64,000 nucleotides of DNA from Lama glama (GCA_028534125.1 CM052817.1:74526001-74590000), one strand, 5' to 3'; counted from the first letter of the stretch, positions 26,811 to 39,880 are shown. The notes: generated from the letters alone by a model not told the origin. A program made the numbers and translations.

Positions 26811-27419
26811 TTCATATTCTTACAGTAATATATCTGTTTTACTAGTTTTGTTATTTATTACTAATTCTTTTTTCTTACCCTAGCTGATTAACTTTTTATT
26901 AATCAGCAACTTTATTTTCACTTTTATTGTTTCCTTCATTATTTCACATATCATATTTGTAATTCTGCCCTCATTTTCATATACTGGTAGCTGGTATCTT
27001 TTTTTCTTTGAAAGTTTTATCCTCCTTAACCCAGATGGAAAAACAAAACATTTTAAAATAAATGATTAACACTGTTTCTTTGGGCCAGGTTTGTCTCACT
27101 CATCATGACTGCTCAGTATTCCTGAGATAATTGCTGAACTACCAGTTTATAAGTACCCAGCTTAATGCTTGGCTGTTCACCTAACAATACAGCATGTCCA
27201 TCTGGAAATGATTTTCTCTTTTCATATACTCCGCCAAGCTTTTCCAAAGCACAACTTGTTAGCATGCATACCAATCCACTACCCTTACCATTACGGCATT
27301 TGACCTTGAATTCACATTTCCTGGATTTTGTTTCTTTACGTTGTTCAAATCCATACTAATCACTTTTCAATGTATCGGTCTTTTCCCCACTATAACAAAG
27401 TTTGTTTAAGGACTTTTTA

Positions 27420-28480
27420 AGAATAGTCACTGTTGTAGCCTTCAAACTGTTTAGACCCTAGAGGCTGAACTCCTGGACAACCCCTGAAAACAGGAGGCAT
27501 TGATCCATACCACAGTCATCCCAGATGGTTCTATGTCAATTGGTGTTTCACTCATCTAGGCCTTACCCACAGTCACCTGAAGGTCTGTGCTAATGGAATG
27601 GAGAAGCCTAAGAAAATGGAGAAGAAAATGACTTGGTGAGTGGAGAGAGCATTGGCATCACAAAAGTATAACCCTGGAGTGCAACAGGGTCATGTGGGAG
27701 TTTTGCTTGTTAGATGATAGTGGCCCCCAGGATATTGCTGTAGCTTTTGAAGCAGCTGTTCAGCTTGGGCCCTACCCCAAAGCAGTCATTGATGGCCAAG
27801 ACAAAATTACTATCTTAGAGTAAGTGCACCAAAAATCATCTCCAATTTCTTAAATAATATCAGGTTCTTAATATCCCTCAACACCAATAGGACTTCAATG
27901 CAGAGAAGCCAAGCAGTCCTCTACTATGTGGTGGCTTCATGGATTGTGGCCTCACCCTACATGTATATATCCCTTCTTCCCGTAGAGTGCATGGACTTTA
28001 ACCAACTGCAGGCTGTTGTCTGTTCTGCTGAGTTTTACATAATTTTGTGGAAATATTCAAACAGATGAAGACTTTGATGTAAGGTTTTTCTTTTAGTTCA
28101 GGATATTTGCTTATCATAGGGTCTAAGATAAAGCCTACACTTGATGCTGTATTAAACTTTTGATACCTAGTGGATACTCGTTCTCTGCAACCCAAATGGA
28201 AAGGAGAGCTCTTGAGATTGTTTTAACATATGTTAAAAATACCAACTAGAAATGGGAAATAAGAATACATTAGTGGACAGTTAAAGAAGGAGATATCTTA
28301 GGGCAGTGAATAGAATGATGCCAGCAAGGAATACCATCTGACTTCCCACATCGTTCCAGCAGCTTACCAATGTGCTGGAAGAGTTGTGAACCATTATAGA
28401 AGAAGCCTACTATTTCAGCAACTATCAGGCATGTTTCAAGAGACTTGGCATGAAAGCTTCATAAAAAAACAAAAGAAAAC
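27420..28480 (+). pseudogene. Candidate endogenous bornavirus-like nucleoprotein (EBLN) element, decayed and retroposed
   Basis: Colinear frame-shifted motifs resembling bornavirus N as I recall it: PGQPLKTGGIDPY (27472-27510), DLVSGESIGI (27630-27659), ECMD (27985-27996), LHNFVEIFKQMK (28035-28070), QLKKEIS*G (28278-28304), ACFKRLGMKAS*; stop codon inside TAAAAAAA (28462-28469) followed by an A-rich tail; TTTTT|AAGAA at the 5' flank. Confidence 0.72.
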
Positions 28481-28539
28481 AACCATGCTTACACTAAGGG
28501 AAAAAAAAATCCAAGTTCACCAACTGGAGGCAAAGCAAG

Positions 28540-29469
28540 GAGATGGGGGGGCTCCTTAGAAGCCATGGGAATAATCTCAGGGGATTTATCCCTGCTTCTT
28601 ACTTTGTTCAGTGGTCCCCGCCTTGTAGCTCTGCTGGGTGGTGAGTTGCCCTTTGAAACTGAGTTGGAATTAGCCTTGCTCCCCCAGGCCTGTGCACTCT
28701 GGGGCTGTGGTGAAAGTAGCAGCCCTGATAATCTCTGAATCACTTTTGGGTCTTTCTTCCTTTCTCATGAAGAATAGCATACATTTGGAAATGAATAGCT
28801 CTGTGGTCCTGTCCTGTGAAATCCAAGAAGTCTGATAGCTTTTTAAAATTCTGTCCTGCCTTCTCTGCCCCCTTTGGTTCAAACTGGCAGTATCTCTACT
28901 GGTGTAATCCTTTTTCTATCTTGACTTCTGTTGAGATAGCTGATTTAGTTTATAAATTGCACAGATGATCTTTTAATCAAATGGTTGTTTAGCCACTCTC
29001 TTAGTATTCCCTTCAGAACACATTTCTTCTTTTTTTTTTCAGTGTGGATAGGCTGAGATTTCACTAAACCTTTAAGTTCTGATTCCCTTTTGCTTAACAA
29101 TTCTTCAATTCATTTCTCTCCTTTTGTATTTTACTATAAGCAGTCAGAGGGGGTCAAGCCACACCTTCAACACTTTGCTTAGAAATCGCCTCAGCTAAAT
29201 ATCCAACTTTTATTAGTTGCAAGTTTAGAACAAAACATACTAGAACACAGTTCAGCCAAGTAATATTCACCACTTTGTAACAAGGATCACCTTTCCTCCA
29301 GTTTCCAGTAGCATATTCCTCTCTTAAGTCTGAGACCTTACCAGAATTTCACTTAATGTACATATTTCTAGTATGCACTCAAAACTCTTCCAGCCTCTAC
29401 TGATTATCTAGTTCCAAAGCCATTTCCACATTTTTAGATATTTGTTACCCTGCTCCCAGTACCAAAAGC
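28540..29469 (-). mobile_element. MaLR internal sequence (MLT1-int-like)
   Basis: ccaggcctgtgcactctggggc; ttccaaagccatttccacattttt...ctcccagtaccaa directly abutting an LTR. Confidence 0.8.
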
Positions 29470-29808
29470 CATCTTAGTCCAGTTAGGCTTCCATAACAAA
29501 ATACCCCAGACTGAGTGTCTTAAATAACAAAACTTAATTTTTTCATAGTTCTTGAGGCTAGAAATCCGAGATCAGGGTTGCAGCATGGTCAGTTCTGGTG
29601 ATAACTCTCTTATTGGCTTATTGATGGCTACTTTCCTGCTCTCTGCCATGTGAGGACAGAGAGAGAAGGCAGCATCTCAGGAAGAGAGCCATCTCTACAA
29701 AGCAACCATGCTGGCACCCTGATCTCAGATGTGCAATCTCTAGAACTGTGAGAAAACCAGCCCCTAGCCTCTGGTATTTTGTTATGGCAGCCCAAGCAGT
29801 TTAAGACA
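29470..29808. mobile_element. Two MaLR (MLT1A-like) LTR 3' halves in inverted orientation
   Basis: 29470-29640 antisense LTR end (tcttagtcc...ccataacaaaatacc...gagatcagggttgcagcatgg); 29641-29808 sense LTR end (ccatgctggcaccctgatctc...ggtattttgttatggcagcc...aagaca). Confidence 0.8.
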
Positions 29809-29879
29809 CTCTGATAGAGATCTCTGCCTTGGTTTAATTTTCACTCTTCTGAAATTTCTCAGTTACTTAGAATTATTAT

Positions 29880-30450
29880 AAAAGTGAAGTAATTTTAGCT
29901 TCCTTGCATGTCCCCAAATGTATGTCTTTTGCTTTGTATAAGAATAAAAAATTGCTAGGATAGAATTCATGGATCACGGTTCCTTCCTCTGGCAATCGAT
30001 TTTCTTTGCTTACCTGAGAAATTTGGTGCTGTTTTGATTTTCTTTTTTCTGTAAGTAATCTATTATTTCTACCTGTAGGCTTATAATATTTTCTTTTTAT
30101 CTCTGTTATTCAGCAAATTCCTTAGCTACCACTTTTGAAATGAACCCTATTTCAAACTCAGTGAGCCTTTCTAGTTGATTTAAATCTATTTGTCAGGGAA
30201 GTTTTCTTCATTATCTGTTTGATTATTGCTTCTTGCCCAGCTAGCCCTGCGTCTTTTTAGGAAGCCCTGAATTAGTTCCCTGTCTCTTATCTTTTCACCT
30301 GTGGCTTCTGTTGTTTCGGCTTTATGCTTTCCCTTGACATCCCAAGATACAATTTGATTTACAGCATTTTTAAGTTTCATTATTAAAATTAAAAATTTTG
30401 AAAACATATTTCTCTTTCCTAAAACTTTATTTCTTTTGTAGTTCTGATTG
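29880..30450 (-). mobile_element. Old L1 ORF1-region remnant
   Basis: ttgctaggatagaattcatggatcac...tgagaaatttggtgctg...tcagggaagttttcttcatt. Confidence 0.55.
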
Positions 30451-31659
30451 TTCATTTTGCTGTGTTGTAAAATCTGAAGAATTTACATTACAGCTCATTC
30501 AAGATTGTCTTTTATTTTTCCAGCTAAATTCATCCTCAGTGGAAATCACTTTTCTGAACACTTGGTTTGGTCTAACTTCTTACACTATGTATAATCCCCA
30601 ATAAAAATAATAAGCATAAGAAAATCCAACCATGTTGTGGTCCTCATAAGATACTTTAAAATTGATCATCAAGTACTATTAATGTTTTAATTTTCCCATA
30701 ATCCCTGCTTTACTATTGTTGTAAGCACTTGCTTGTTTGATCAAGAAATAATCCAACGGCATACATATTGTGAGCAGGCTGAGTGGTTCACCTGTATGTG
30801 GTAAGGAATCTGTTCAGCATTCTGAGCTGGAACACTCTGGCAGCTGTGAGGTCGGAATACTTTGCTTGGATGCTGTTGGGGAGGAACACCGTCTCTCAGG
30901 CCTCTGAACCTGAGTCCTCCTGTGGGGTAGGAGGCAGGGGCATTTTAATGCTAACATCTCCTGGCATTGACCACCCTCTTCTCTCTAGAATGGAAGCTTC
31001 AGATGTGCCTAGGAGCCCTATTATTTTCCAGGAATAAGTTTCATGCAAAATACAAGTTGAGCTGTCTCTGACAGGATAGGGAGAGAAAGGGAGTCATGGA
31101 TATGGGCTTAGACAGCTCTTTCCCAAGGATTTCTGAAAACATGCTTTCAGGATGCTTTTTAGGAGATAACATCATTCAGTTTCCGTAAAATGAGATGAAC
31201 AAGGCTCATTTCTAATTTGACAATTTGCTGTCTAAAGAATGTTTCAACATTACTTGAATTCCTTTCTTTATTGAAAAAAAATTCCTCTTAGGAACTAGAG
31301 CTGAAACGGTACATAAAATGATGTAGCCTCGAGTGTTTTTTTTGTGAGTAAATGTTCTTCTAGGACTAGATACAGTTAACTAGTTTAATGAGAAGTCCAA
31401 TTTCCTATCTACCACATTTGATGTTCAGAATTATACTGAAGTTATCTGTATGAAAACTGGTGATTAGTGGAGAAAATTGACTCTATAATTGTTCAAACAT
31501 TTTGAAATGCTAAATTGTGAGTTTCCTTGGAGATACGTGTTGATTGCATAGTTGGTTATTTTGGAATACTAATTATTTTTTCATCAAAATTATCAAAATG
31601 GACACGTACATGATCTTCTATTCATCCCATCTATGTCTGTTTCTCTTTGGCTTGCTCAG

Positions 31660-31752
31660 ATTCCAAATGGAGAAGAAAGTAGAGCCCGCAATATTGGCTC
31701 CTTCCCAGATTGGTTAAAGGACATACTTTATCCACATCTGACTCTTTTTACG
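31660..31752 (+). other. Candidate 93-nt exon
   Basis: tctgtttctctttggcttgctcag acceptor and ACG|GTCAGT donor; phase-0 frame is open (IPNGEESRARNIGSFPDWLKDILYPHLTLFT) but I do not recognise the peptide. Confidence 0.3.
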
Positions 31753-32509
31753 GTCAGTGAGTTCTGAGTCAGTGCTCAGCAGCCCCTTTCTCTCACTTTT
31801 CAACTGCATTCAAAAAAAGTGAAAAATAACTTCTCATGAAAAGGATGTGGGTAACTGTTGACATTTGAAAAGGAAACTCAGATTTTTGCGAAGATTTCAT
31901 TCTCTATGTAGAGAATTATTCACATGTTTATGTAGTACAACTGAGTAACCCAAGTGATTGAACAATAGTCACAGGGAAGATAGTAGGAGTAATTCTCTTA
32001 TTGCAGAGAGAGTTTTACTCATGCTGACTTAGAATAAAAAAGTTAATTACTTTAGAATATCTGAAGAAGATACATAATATGAAATAATGTTAAAATAGGA
32101 AGACACTTATTATTCATTCTGCACATTCAGAGGTAAAGGGAATCACATTTAATTCTTCACTTTGGGGGTCACTTCTGATTCCCATCTCTTTTCCTATGTT
32201 TGTCTCATTTCCATGGAAAGAGAGATGCCTTTGTGTACTTGGTGAGATTGGAGAAAAGGACATTTTTCCAGCGTAGCCTTAGATCCTGATTCTTACTCTA
32301 TATAGAGTACAGGTAAAACTTAACCATTTCTCTGCTCCTTTTCCTATAAGCTGTGCACTAGAATGAAACAAGATTCAGTGGCTGAGTGGGAGGGGCAGGA
32401 ATTGTGATGCTGCTCTGTGCCCCACTGGAGTAGGCTGTGGGTCCCCAGGTATATAGGTAAAACAATCCAATTCAGAAAGACAGGTGAAAAACCAGGTATG
32501 TGTCAGCCT

Positions 32510-32780
32510 AGGGCCTCTGCTTTCACTGTTCCCTCTACCTGGAATGCTATTTCATGCCTTTGCTCAAATGTCCCTTTTATAGTGAGAGACCTTTCAAACC
32601 TCCCTACTTAAGATAGCAAAATACCCATTCCTAGATATGCCATATAGTTTATTATTTCTCATTGTCTTTCTCTTCCCTAGAATGTAAGCTCTGTAAGAAT
32701 GTAAGTTAACTGCTCTACTCTCAGTGCTTAGGATAGTTCCTGGCATATCTCTGTAAGTACTTTTTGACTAAATGAATCAA
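32510..32780. mobile_element. L2 3' fragment
   Basis: ctgttccctctacctggaatgc...ctagaatgtaagctc...aaatgaat. Confidence 0.65.
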
Positions 32781-34885
32781 AGTGTTCCATTTTGGTCTTT
32801 CAGTCAAGCTGTGTTCTCAAAGTTAGTTTTACCAAAAAACTGTATACTTTGAAAAATAAAGTTAACACCACATTCTAGTTCCTATACAGCTCCTGTGTGT
32901 ATTTCTTAGTGTGTTAACCACTTTGGTGAGAAGGATTGTGATTGATGAATGCCCCTGGATCCAGAGAATAATATGTGAAAATAACAGACCGTATCAGCCA
33001 AAGCTGGCACATATGGTTGGGGAGAGGGTGGATGGGAAGACTGAATGTAGAGATCTGGTAGACTCACTTTCAATATTTGGCTTTGATAATTATAAATACT
33101 ATATACATGCTATCTATATAATATATGTAATTATGTATCTATGGCAGCTATCTCAGAGATAAGGGATTATGAGTTTCCATCTTAACTGTATTTTTGAGGA
33201 GTTTACTTCAGATTTTCTGAAATGAATTTATATGATTTATATACTACACAGGGAATAATAAACCCCATTGAAAAATAATTCTAAAGCAAAGGGAAGGAAC
33301 TTCCTTTGGTAATAATATGTTCCACTTAGTGTGCTGAAGAGAACTTTCTGTTCTCCGTCTGCTTGATAGCAGTCTTGCCTGAATACTAATACACACAGAA
33401 CACCTGCACTTCTAGACTGGAAACGAATTCCAATAGTTCCCGTGTTCACACAGTGCATTTTCTCAGAATAATGCTTTTATCATAACAGTAATTTACTATT
33501 TTCAAGAATAAGATCACCTTCTAATGGGAGTGGCTTGTCTTCTAATTAAAATGACTGGCAGGTTGCAGACACATAGTTCATTTTTGAAAGGATTTGAATT
33601 AAATTTAGACTCTAACCAGATTCTGCAAGAGGTTTTATTAGCTCAGTATTATATAGTGCCAAGCCTTTTGCACTTATTCCCGAGAAAACACATTTATTAA
33701 TTCATTAAAAAATTATTGATCACCTACTATGTTTCAGGCACTAGCTTAAGCACCAGCAATGTGAGGTGGTGTTCAAACACACATGATTCTTGACAGATTT
33801 TACTGTTCTCTAGGGAGCCTGCTTAATTCCCAGATAGCCTTTCTCTTCTATCTATGCTATAAATTTAATAGCCTTTCTTTAGTCTCAAAAGTGCTTGTGA
33901 AATCTTTATAACTTTCATAGTTCTCATGTAGTATTTTTGTTCTGTAGATTTTGTTTTTGAGCAGATATGGCAATTTCAGCTGATTTCTAATAACTTTTTC
34001 AAAAAGGATTTTCTCTATAATATAAAGAATATACATGGTCTTTGAATTATGTAAGGAAAAGTTAGTTACTTTTCTTCTGTTATTTTATGCTAGAACATAA
34101 GTGCTAGTATACTTAAAACACAGGTATACATACATATATTGCTTTCAAACTGGGGGTCTTATATTTTCACTTACCCATACGTGTAAGTGTTATGCTTCAC
34201 TCCTTATCTGAAATTTCCTCCACCTCATTCCATTGACTATCTCTAAATCTTCTTTCAGATCTCCCCTGTTCAGTCCATTTCAAGCAAGTTAGTGTCTCTT
34301 CTGAGGCCCTAAAACGTTTATGTTGTGTACCATATGGTCATTTGACACTTATAGTGGGAAGAAACTATTGTCTATCACTGTTATTCACAGTTGCTATCTC
34401 TTTGTTGTGCAGCTATGCATGCTATTTTTAATATGTTCAGCAAGGAAAAGTATCTGGCACTTTTAAAAGTAGATATAAACTTAAATGAATCTATATAATT
34501 TGATAAGAAGTTAAATCTACTGAATTTTAAATCCTTGAAATGTGAGCAAAATCTGTTGTTGATTAGAAAAAGATAGTCATAAATGAATATGCCAAGCATA
34601 GTCATCATTTTTGCTGTTCCTTATTTTCCCTGATTATATGAGGGGATAGTTGCAAATGGTCAGCTTCTTCCTCTTGCAGAAATGTAGCTAAAGCACTTGC
34701 CAAAACAGAGCCTAGTTTGGCTGTAAGAAACTTAAGTTTCAGTAGAATTGTTAGCTTATGTGGCCCTGACAGTTGAGACTGTTCCAAAGGAGGCTTCAGG
34801 CACCCAGATGAGTTTCATGTTTTCTCTCAATAGGGTTAGAATAACCTGTTGAAAGTGGTTAAGCACTGATAATGATTAATTTTAC

Positions 34886-35320
34886 TGTGATGATGCCTCA
34901 CCATACGTAGAGTAATAAAGACTGACTCCCTTTTTTGAAATGTTACTGTTGACAGCTTTTAAGCCCACTGTATCTTTTCCTCTGTGCCCCAGCTCTGGGC
35001 AAGCTGATAAGGAAGCCCAGGTGCTCCCTTCTTTGTTCCTGATGATTCAAACCATAGAAGCTTCTGCCCATATATGGGAAGGCACCCGGCCCCACTCCCT
35101 AACTGCGTTAAAACCCCCAACCCTCCCTGTTTCTTTCTGCTCTCACAAGCCATTTCTGGCTTACTTGGGAAGCCCACCCTGCTCTGCTCAGAAAAGCCTT
35201 AATTATGTAACTAACAAACCACTTCATACCCTCCTGATGTGTGTGATGTCATTGGCCTTGACATGAACCGAATTTTGGGTGAGGGGGCTATCTGCTTTTA
35301 AAGCAGGATAGCCACAAAAG
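34886..35320 (+). mobile_element. ERVL solo LTR (MER54/MER74-like)
   Basis: tgtgatg...taaagactgactcc...gacagcttttaagccc...ctgggcaagctgataagg...gccacaa. Confidence 0.7.
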
Positions 35321-38300
35321 CCAGTGTTTGAATTATAAAATCTTGCCATAGATTATGTTCATTTAAAATGATTGGCCATAATGTTTTGCTATTTTTTTAA
35401 TAGTAAAAATACAGGTTGTTAGCTTACAGTGGCTCTTACTTATCTAAAAATGTGAGGAAACTTGGACACATGGTCATATAGCTATAGCATAAAGCCATAA
35501 CTGCTCATCTGGTGACTGATTCTTGAATTAAAATTGGAAGCCTAAAAAGAAATTAACAGGCGTATTCATACATGCTCACCTTAGACACCTGAACCAAACT
35601 CCAAGGGGCTTGGAGTGCCATTCTTAGAACCCTGTAAATATTAGGACTGGAAGGTAGAGAACTTGTCATAGCTCTTGTTAATGGCTTGTGTTGTTAAAAC
35701 TTATACGTAACCTAATCAACCTAGCAATCCTTGAAGGCAGGGGCTCCTGCCAATTTAACTTCCCAATAACCTAGTAATAGTAATTCTACTACTGCTACTA
35801 GCTAACTTACCTATTTACTATTATGTTCCAAGCACATTGATAAACTCTTTTCATCTATTAGCATGTGTAATTCTCCAAAAGCCCTATTAGGTAGGTCTTA
35901 GAGCTACGCCTCTTGAGCAGATGGTATTTGTATCAGATAATCCCCAGTCCTGGGTCACACTGCTGGTGTGTCAGGCCTGCTTGGCTCCAGGAGCTGCTCT
36001 CTATTGACTTCCTTGTGCATCGATCTCAGTCTCTTGTGTGGACTCTACTCTCGATATGGCTAAAACTTATTGAGTAATTATAATTAATTTTGTATGGAAC
36101 ATGCTCATGGAAAAAGAGTGTTGAATAGGTTGTTTGCACACACAGCTTTGAATTTCCATCATGCTACCTATCAGTTGTATTGATGTTGGAAAATTGTATG
36201 ATTGTCTGGAAAAAGTATCCTTCTAGAGACTTTACTTATAAATATTACAGGGTTGGATTAGGTCTAGGGTTCTTATCCTGGGATTCGGAGAACCCTGAGA
36301 TTGTATGCAAATGTTATTTTTATGTGTGCATATGCATTTTTCTAGGAACAGTATTTGTAACAGATCTTTCTCAAAGGGTTTCATAAAAAATCTATAACTG
36401 GATGATTACATTCACTTATAGTTATAAAAATATTATGACTCCATCCAGCTTGAGGATGACAGAGAAAGAATAGAAAGGATAAGGAAATGACAAAGAAAGG
36501 ATTAGATTCTATGCTTTTATTTAAACGTTTGGTGAATTTTTTCCTAAACCTGGTATTTAAAATAAATACAAACCTGTAGAGCTTTCTTTTTTTTTTACAA
36601 AGCCCAAATCTACCTCTTTATATATAAGTGGGAAAAATAATAAATCTGGTTTGATCAAGATACAAACAGAGAGATCTTAATGGTGTTGTTATGAAATATA
36701 ATCCATTTTAGGAGGAAAAAATGAATCCCATAACCATTACATGCTTGAATAAACTTATCAATGCCTTTGGTTTGGAAAAATAAAAATGGAGAATTATCTA
36801 TTGCATTGCACTAGCTGCCCTTGGATTTTGTACCCACTTGACTTCAGAGCTGATAAATCCAATTATTAAAAAGTCATTTTCTTTTCTCTTTCAAATAAAT
36901 AACTAACAACCCTGAACCTTCTGATTATGTGAGGCTGTGGAATTTCAGGAGAAGTGAAGAGCTTATTATCTTTCAATTTCTCATACTTAAAAATAATGAT
37001 ATCCTAGGGGGGTAATAACATAGTACGTGTATCCTGATCACATAACAAGATGTCCACCACACTGAGTACAGCAGGGAAGGTGCTGTTTAAACTAATCTCC
37101 TTGATTGCTTTTCAAGATACAGAAAGTTTCAATGAGACAGCATCTCCTTCTCATTGGAATTTTTCTACCTTCACAATTATATGGAAAAAAATCTTAGAGA
37201 TCATAGGTAACACACAATATCATTGTCTGGATTTGTTAATTATGCATGGCATCTGCCCATAAAATACACTTATTGCCATTAGACTGTAGTCATGTTTGAA
37301 AAAAAAAGAGTTTGTCAAAAGGATTATGATCAGTATTCCAATTAGTTTAAAGAAGTTAAAGCAAATTTTCAAAAAATAGGTGTTCATTTCTATCATCACC
37401 CATTACTTTAAGATCTTTTTGCAATTTGGCTTCTCCATCTCTAGCACCCAGTCTTCATTCCCTCTTTCTCTCTCCAAGCCTGTTTTTCCTCATTGCTCAT
37501 CAAATAATCTTGTCACCAGTTTTAATGGTTATTTCTGAGTGACTGACTTCCATATGTACTCAGAAGACACTACTGATCTCCATCGCTTTTTTTTTAATAA
37601 CTGTGTCTTTCTCTTACTTTCTGTGATTATTTTTATTCCTCTGGTTCTTCTCTACCTTCCTCATCTTTTCCTTCTACCCTCTAAAAGTAAGCTTTCACAA
37701 AGGTAATATTTTCAGTCCTCCTTTCATTCTCTCACTTTTTCTTGAGTGATCTCATGTTAAGCGTAGATTCTAAGTGAAACACAATTAATTAACTTTTTTA
37801 TTTACTAAAACCATAAAATATTATAATTGAAGGGAAATATTATGGTGGTTATTGAATAAATATATCTAAGACAGTGAAGCTACTTGCCTAAAGTGCACTA
37901 GTGAAAAGGGGTAGGAAAAGGGGAAATGAGACTCAGATCCAGGTATTCCAATTCTAAATGCAAACTATGTTCCATTATACTAGGAGCCAGGAGGTCACAG
38001 CTCAGAGAAGTAGCAATGGAGAAAGAAGCCAAACACAGTCATAGGTGAAGCTACTCAACACACTTTAGCTGAAAGCAATTAGATAGAAGAGAGGTGGCTT
38101 TCAGTGACAATTTGTCTAGATGATGATTTGTCTTTTGTAATGAATATTATGTCACTGGTTTGTTTGTTTTCCCTTCCATATTGGCATTTGTTGTGGCTCC
38201 ATTAGTCTTGGTTTCTTGAAATACTCTAGAGGTCTTCCAAAACATTTCCTTTCTTTTTTTTTTTTTTTAATCTAAGCTTGTTTAAATATCTGAGCTACTT

Positions 38301-38382
38301 GCAATAAACGAAACTTGCCAAAAATATCTGTATTTGGAGTTTAGTAGAATATATAGCTTACTATCTCCTCACTAGTGTGACC

Positions 38383-38970
38383 ATTACTGAACCAGGTTCA
38401 TTTTGCCCAATACACAGCAGACCAAAATGCTGGGACACCGAGGTTTGCAGCAGAGAGGATTTCTTCTCAAGGTAGCCAAGTGAGGAGACAGTTGGACAAG
38501 TTTCAGATCTGCTTCCCCAAACAAAAGGGGCTCCGTGTATTTATGGGATGAAGAATAAAGAAACAGGGCTGTCTGAGAGTGGGGAGCACCCAAAAGGGGA
38601 TCGGAAAAATGTTCTATGTAAGGGTAACTAAACTACAAACCTCCGCACGTTCAAAAATGGAGGCGCTTAGCACAGTCTGAGGTTGGAGTTTTCTGTCCTC
38701 TAATTGACAGAAGGTTATGGAGTGGACACTCACATGTACCCAGTTGGAGAGTGGGTAGTAAACTATCTAATCTTAACAGGCTCAGCTGCAACTAAGTACA
38801 GCTCACTCCAAGTTGTTGGAAGACAACTCTGGCAAACATCGTATTGTTTAGACTATGTGCCACTTGAGGGACATGCAAGCCTGTTATAGCAACAATGAAA
38901 ACAACCTTGATTAGTGAAGGCAGGTTGCAGGTGAAATGGATTTAACTAATAATTACCCAAGGTTTTGTAA
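38383..38970 (-). mobile_element. ERV1 solo LTR (MER41-like lineage-specific family)
   Basis: actgaaccaggttc...gacaccgaggtttgcagcagaga...aaaatggaggcg; relatively well preserved. Confidence 0.75.
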
Positions 38971-39590
38971 CTTGAGTGCCTTCCAGTGGGACCACTAAAT
39001 AAGTTTAATCTCTTACCCATCTGCTAGGCTGCTTCACAAGTTTCCATTTGTACATGCTGTTACATTACCTAAAATTCCCTTTCCAAATATTCACATTCCC
39101 ACTTTCTTTATTAAAAAGTCACTTTCTTTTTAAGAAGCCTTCCTTAACTATCTTTGTAAAATTTCAACCCCCAGCCTTTCATATCCTTTTCTGTTTTTTT
39201 CTCTACATAGTATGTATTGCTGTCTAACATACTATGTATTTTACTTATTTTGCTTATCACATTTCCTGCTATTTCCTGTGTGCTCCCTGAAGGCAGAGTT
39301 ACTATCTGTTTTGCTCACTCTTCTGTCTTCCTGGATTTTGGCAGGTGCTTGTCACAGATATTACTGTGTTCCACACAGAAACCTTGTTTACGTCAGTGAG
39401 ATCAAATGAAGAAAATATGCTTCTAGAGCAGAATGAAAGAAATTCAATTTCTTTATCAAAAAAGATGTCAACATTGGAAGAAAGAACATGTATATAATGT
39501 GAAATAGTCAAATCCTGTCTTCTACGTCAAAAGTCACTCTTTACCGACAGCCTTTGCTCTTGGGATCCTGATTAGCAATCCTGTCCTTAC

Positions 39591-39880
39591 CTTCAGTTGT
39601 CATTTCAAAACACGGAACACCTGAGATTGTGCCTGTTTTTTGTTAGGAAACACATGCTCCTGTCAGTGCTGCCAAAGTCCAGAAAAGTATCAAGGAAACA
39701 ATGATTTCCTATTCCTTTTTATGTTTGTTTTCTTAAACAAAATACAAGTAACAAAGAAAGTGTGGGTTGTTTTCAGAATTCGTTATTCAGGCATAAAGCA
39801 GTTCAGATGTCAGGAAGCCGGCATGTATCCTCCATTCTTGCCCTCGGAACAGGGTTGGAGGACAAGGTCAGCTGGCAACT
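39591..39880 (-). promoter_or_regulatory. Candidate promoter/enhancer with possible minus-strand first exon (ATG ACA ACT GAA G|GTAAGG)
   Basis: Repeat-free block with HNF4-type CAAAGTCCA (39673-39681), ERR/SF1-type CAAGGTCA (39863-39870), forkhead-like TGTTTG tracts and a strong minus-strand donor at 39591/39590. Confidence 0.35.

Noticed and set aside
27419..28490. Target-site duplication around the EBLN candidate (AAGAATAGTCACTG vs AAGAAAACAACCATG)
   Set aside because: Too degenerate to claim without an orthologous empty site.
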